64,000 bases of DNA. Origin: Dictyostelium discoideum (lineage: Eukaryota). The notes beneath the pieces are model-generated. The model was not told the DNA's origin and did not search any database. It saw nothing but the letters and a program-made list of their open reading frames with translations. Positions 63,301-64,000 of this stretch are shown here, in pieces (position 1 is the stretch's first letter; each line of letters begins with the position of its first letter). The stretch covers positions 2,400,001 to 2,464,000 of the forward strand of contig CM000150.2 of NCBI GenBank assembly GCA_000004695.1, read 5' to 3'. Both the position numbers and the translations under genes were made by a program.

Positions 63301-64000
63301 CCTGGTTTTGGTACTGGTGAGAAATAAACCAAAACATTTTGAATACCACCACCTTCAACTTCAAATGTAATTGAATTATCACCAATTTTACAAAATTGTT
63401 TCTTTTCTAATTGTTGTTGAACTGGTGGCGTTGTTGTTGCTGTTGTTGTTGTTGTTATAGCTTGTTGTTGTTGTTGCTGTTGTTGTTGTTGTTGTTGTTG
63501 TTGCTCAACAATTAAAGCTTTTTCAATATTTGATTCATTATTTTCATTATCATCAATTGGTGTTGGTGAAGTTGCTCTAGAGATTGGGTTTGGTGTGATT
63601 GAACCTGAATTTCTTAATTTTTCGATTTGCATATTAATTTTTAAAGCTTTTTCATGTTGACCTTTTCTACGACAAATTTTTAATTTTCTTTCTAAAAGAT
63701 CAATTTCCATTTCAGTTTCTTTAGAGATACTAAAAGCAGATTTCTCTTCAAGTTTAAAGTATAATTTGTTTAAACAAGATTCAAAAGAGGAAGGATTATC
63801 ATCAATGATTTTAAAGATACGACGTTGATTACTAGTGTTTGTGAGTGTGATACGTTTTGTGATTGATTTACCTTTGATCATGACTACACCGAAATCTATA
63901 TCCAAAGTATTGAGAAAGAAATGTCTTGGTTTCTTTACGTTTGCTTTAATATGAACTATTTGATTATTACATTGATCATAAACATTCTCAATGATTAATT
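56628..64000 (-). CDS. Giant low-complexity protein (at least 2457 aa) with multiple ASH/MSP-like (PapD-like Ig-fold) repeats, poly-Q/N/T/S tracts and a KEKD repeat. The 5' end lies beyond the window.
   Basis: Repeated ~100-aa modules each begin with [ILV][DN][FL]G.V and contain [FI].[IV].N.S: FGVVMIKGKSITKRITLTNTS, IDLGEVRIYEDITFRFTITNHT, LDFGNCYYDKSQKFSK, IDLGSTRQLGETISSSFTISNVS, IDIGRVGYENSWKEIFTTIEIRNLS, INLGDVFYNITYTDRSFIVSNSS. The frame stays open to base 64000. The track start at 63905 is a TTG. Confidence 0.6.

Overview
This window is strongly AT-rich eukaryotic nuclear DNA of Dictyostelium discoideum type. Coding regions are comparatively GC-richer and intergenic spacers and introns are homopolymer-rich. 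Introns are short, begin with GTAAGT-like donors and end in AG. There are long N/Q/T-rich coding tracts and tRNA-gene-targeted retroelements. No prokaryotic features such as operons or CRISPR arrays are present. Roughly, bases 1-28,100 are a nest of tRNA-gene-associated non-LTR retrotransposons around four tRNA genes: tRNA-Thr(AGU), an intron-containing tRNA-Trp(CCA), and two tRNA-Ser(GCU) on opposite strands. Elements with a 199-bp tandem A-module array, a B-module that carries the start of ORF1, and a B+C-module 3' end sit 42-46 bp upstream of the tRNA genes in head-to-head orientation; I interpret these as TRE5-A/DRE. Elements with two ORFs (ORF2 contains AP-endonuclease, reverse transcriptase and a C-terminal CCHC finger) sit downstream of tRNA genes or their external B boxes in the same orientation; I interpret these as TRE3-type, of at least two or three subfamilies. 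Several copies have recognisable 13-16 bp target-site duplications, and there are nested and rearranged copies. A 100-N assembly gap falls inside this nest. Embedded in the nest are three paralogous copies of a two-exon BCP/PrxQ peroxiredoxin gene, a divergent Rab-like GTPase gene bracketed by ~225-bp inverted repeats, and tandem arrays of ~39-bp units built from tRNA-Ser leader plus A-box sequence. Bases 28,100-64,000 are an ordinary gene-dense region. It contains EF-1alpha (2 exons), an ankyrin-repeat/GRAM/myotubularin phosphatase (2 exons), dihydroxyacetone kinase (5 exons), a Rai1/DXO-like protein, a mitochondrial-type HslV protease subunit, a two-exon Uma2-family PD-(D/E)xK nuclease-like gene, an NKAP homolog, a 3-exon RRM/RS-rich gene (my splicing model joins the RRM exons to a 2.9-kb N-rich ORF), and the 3' 7.4 kb of a giant ASH/MSP-like repeat protein that runs off the window. 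Many short ORFs in the track are antisense or low-complexity artefacts and are rejected below.
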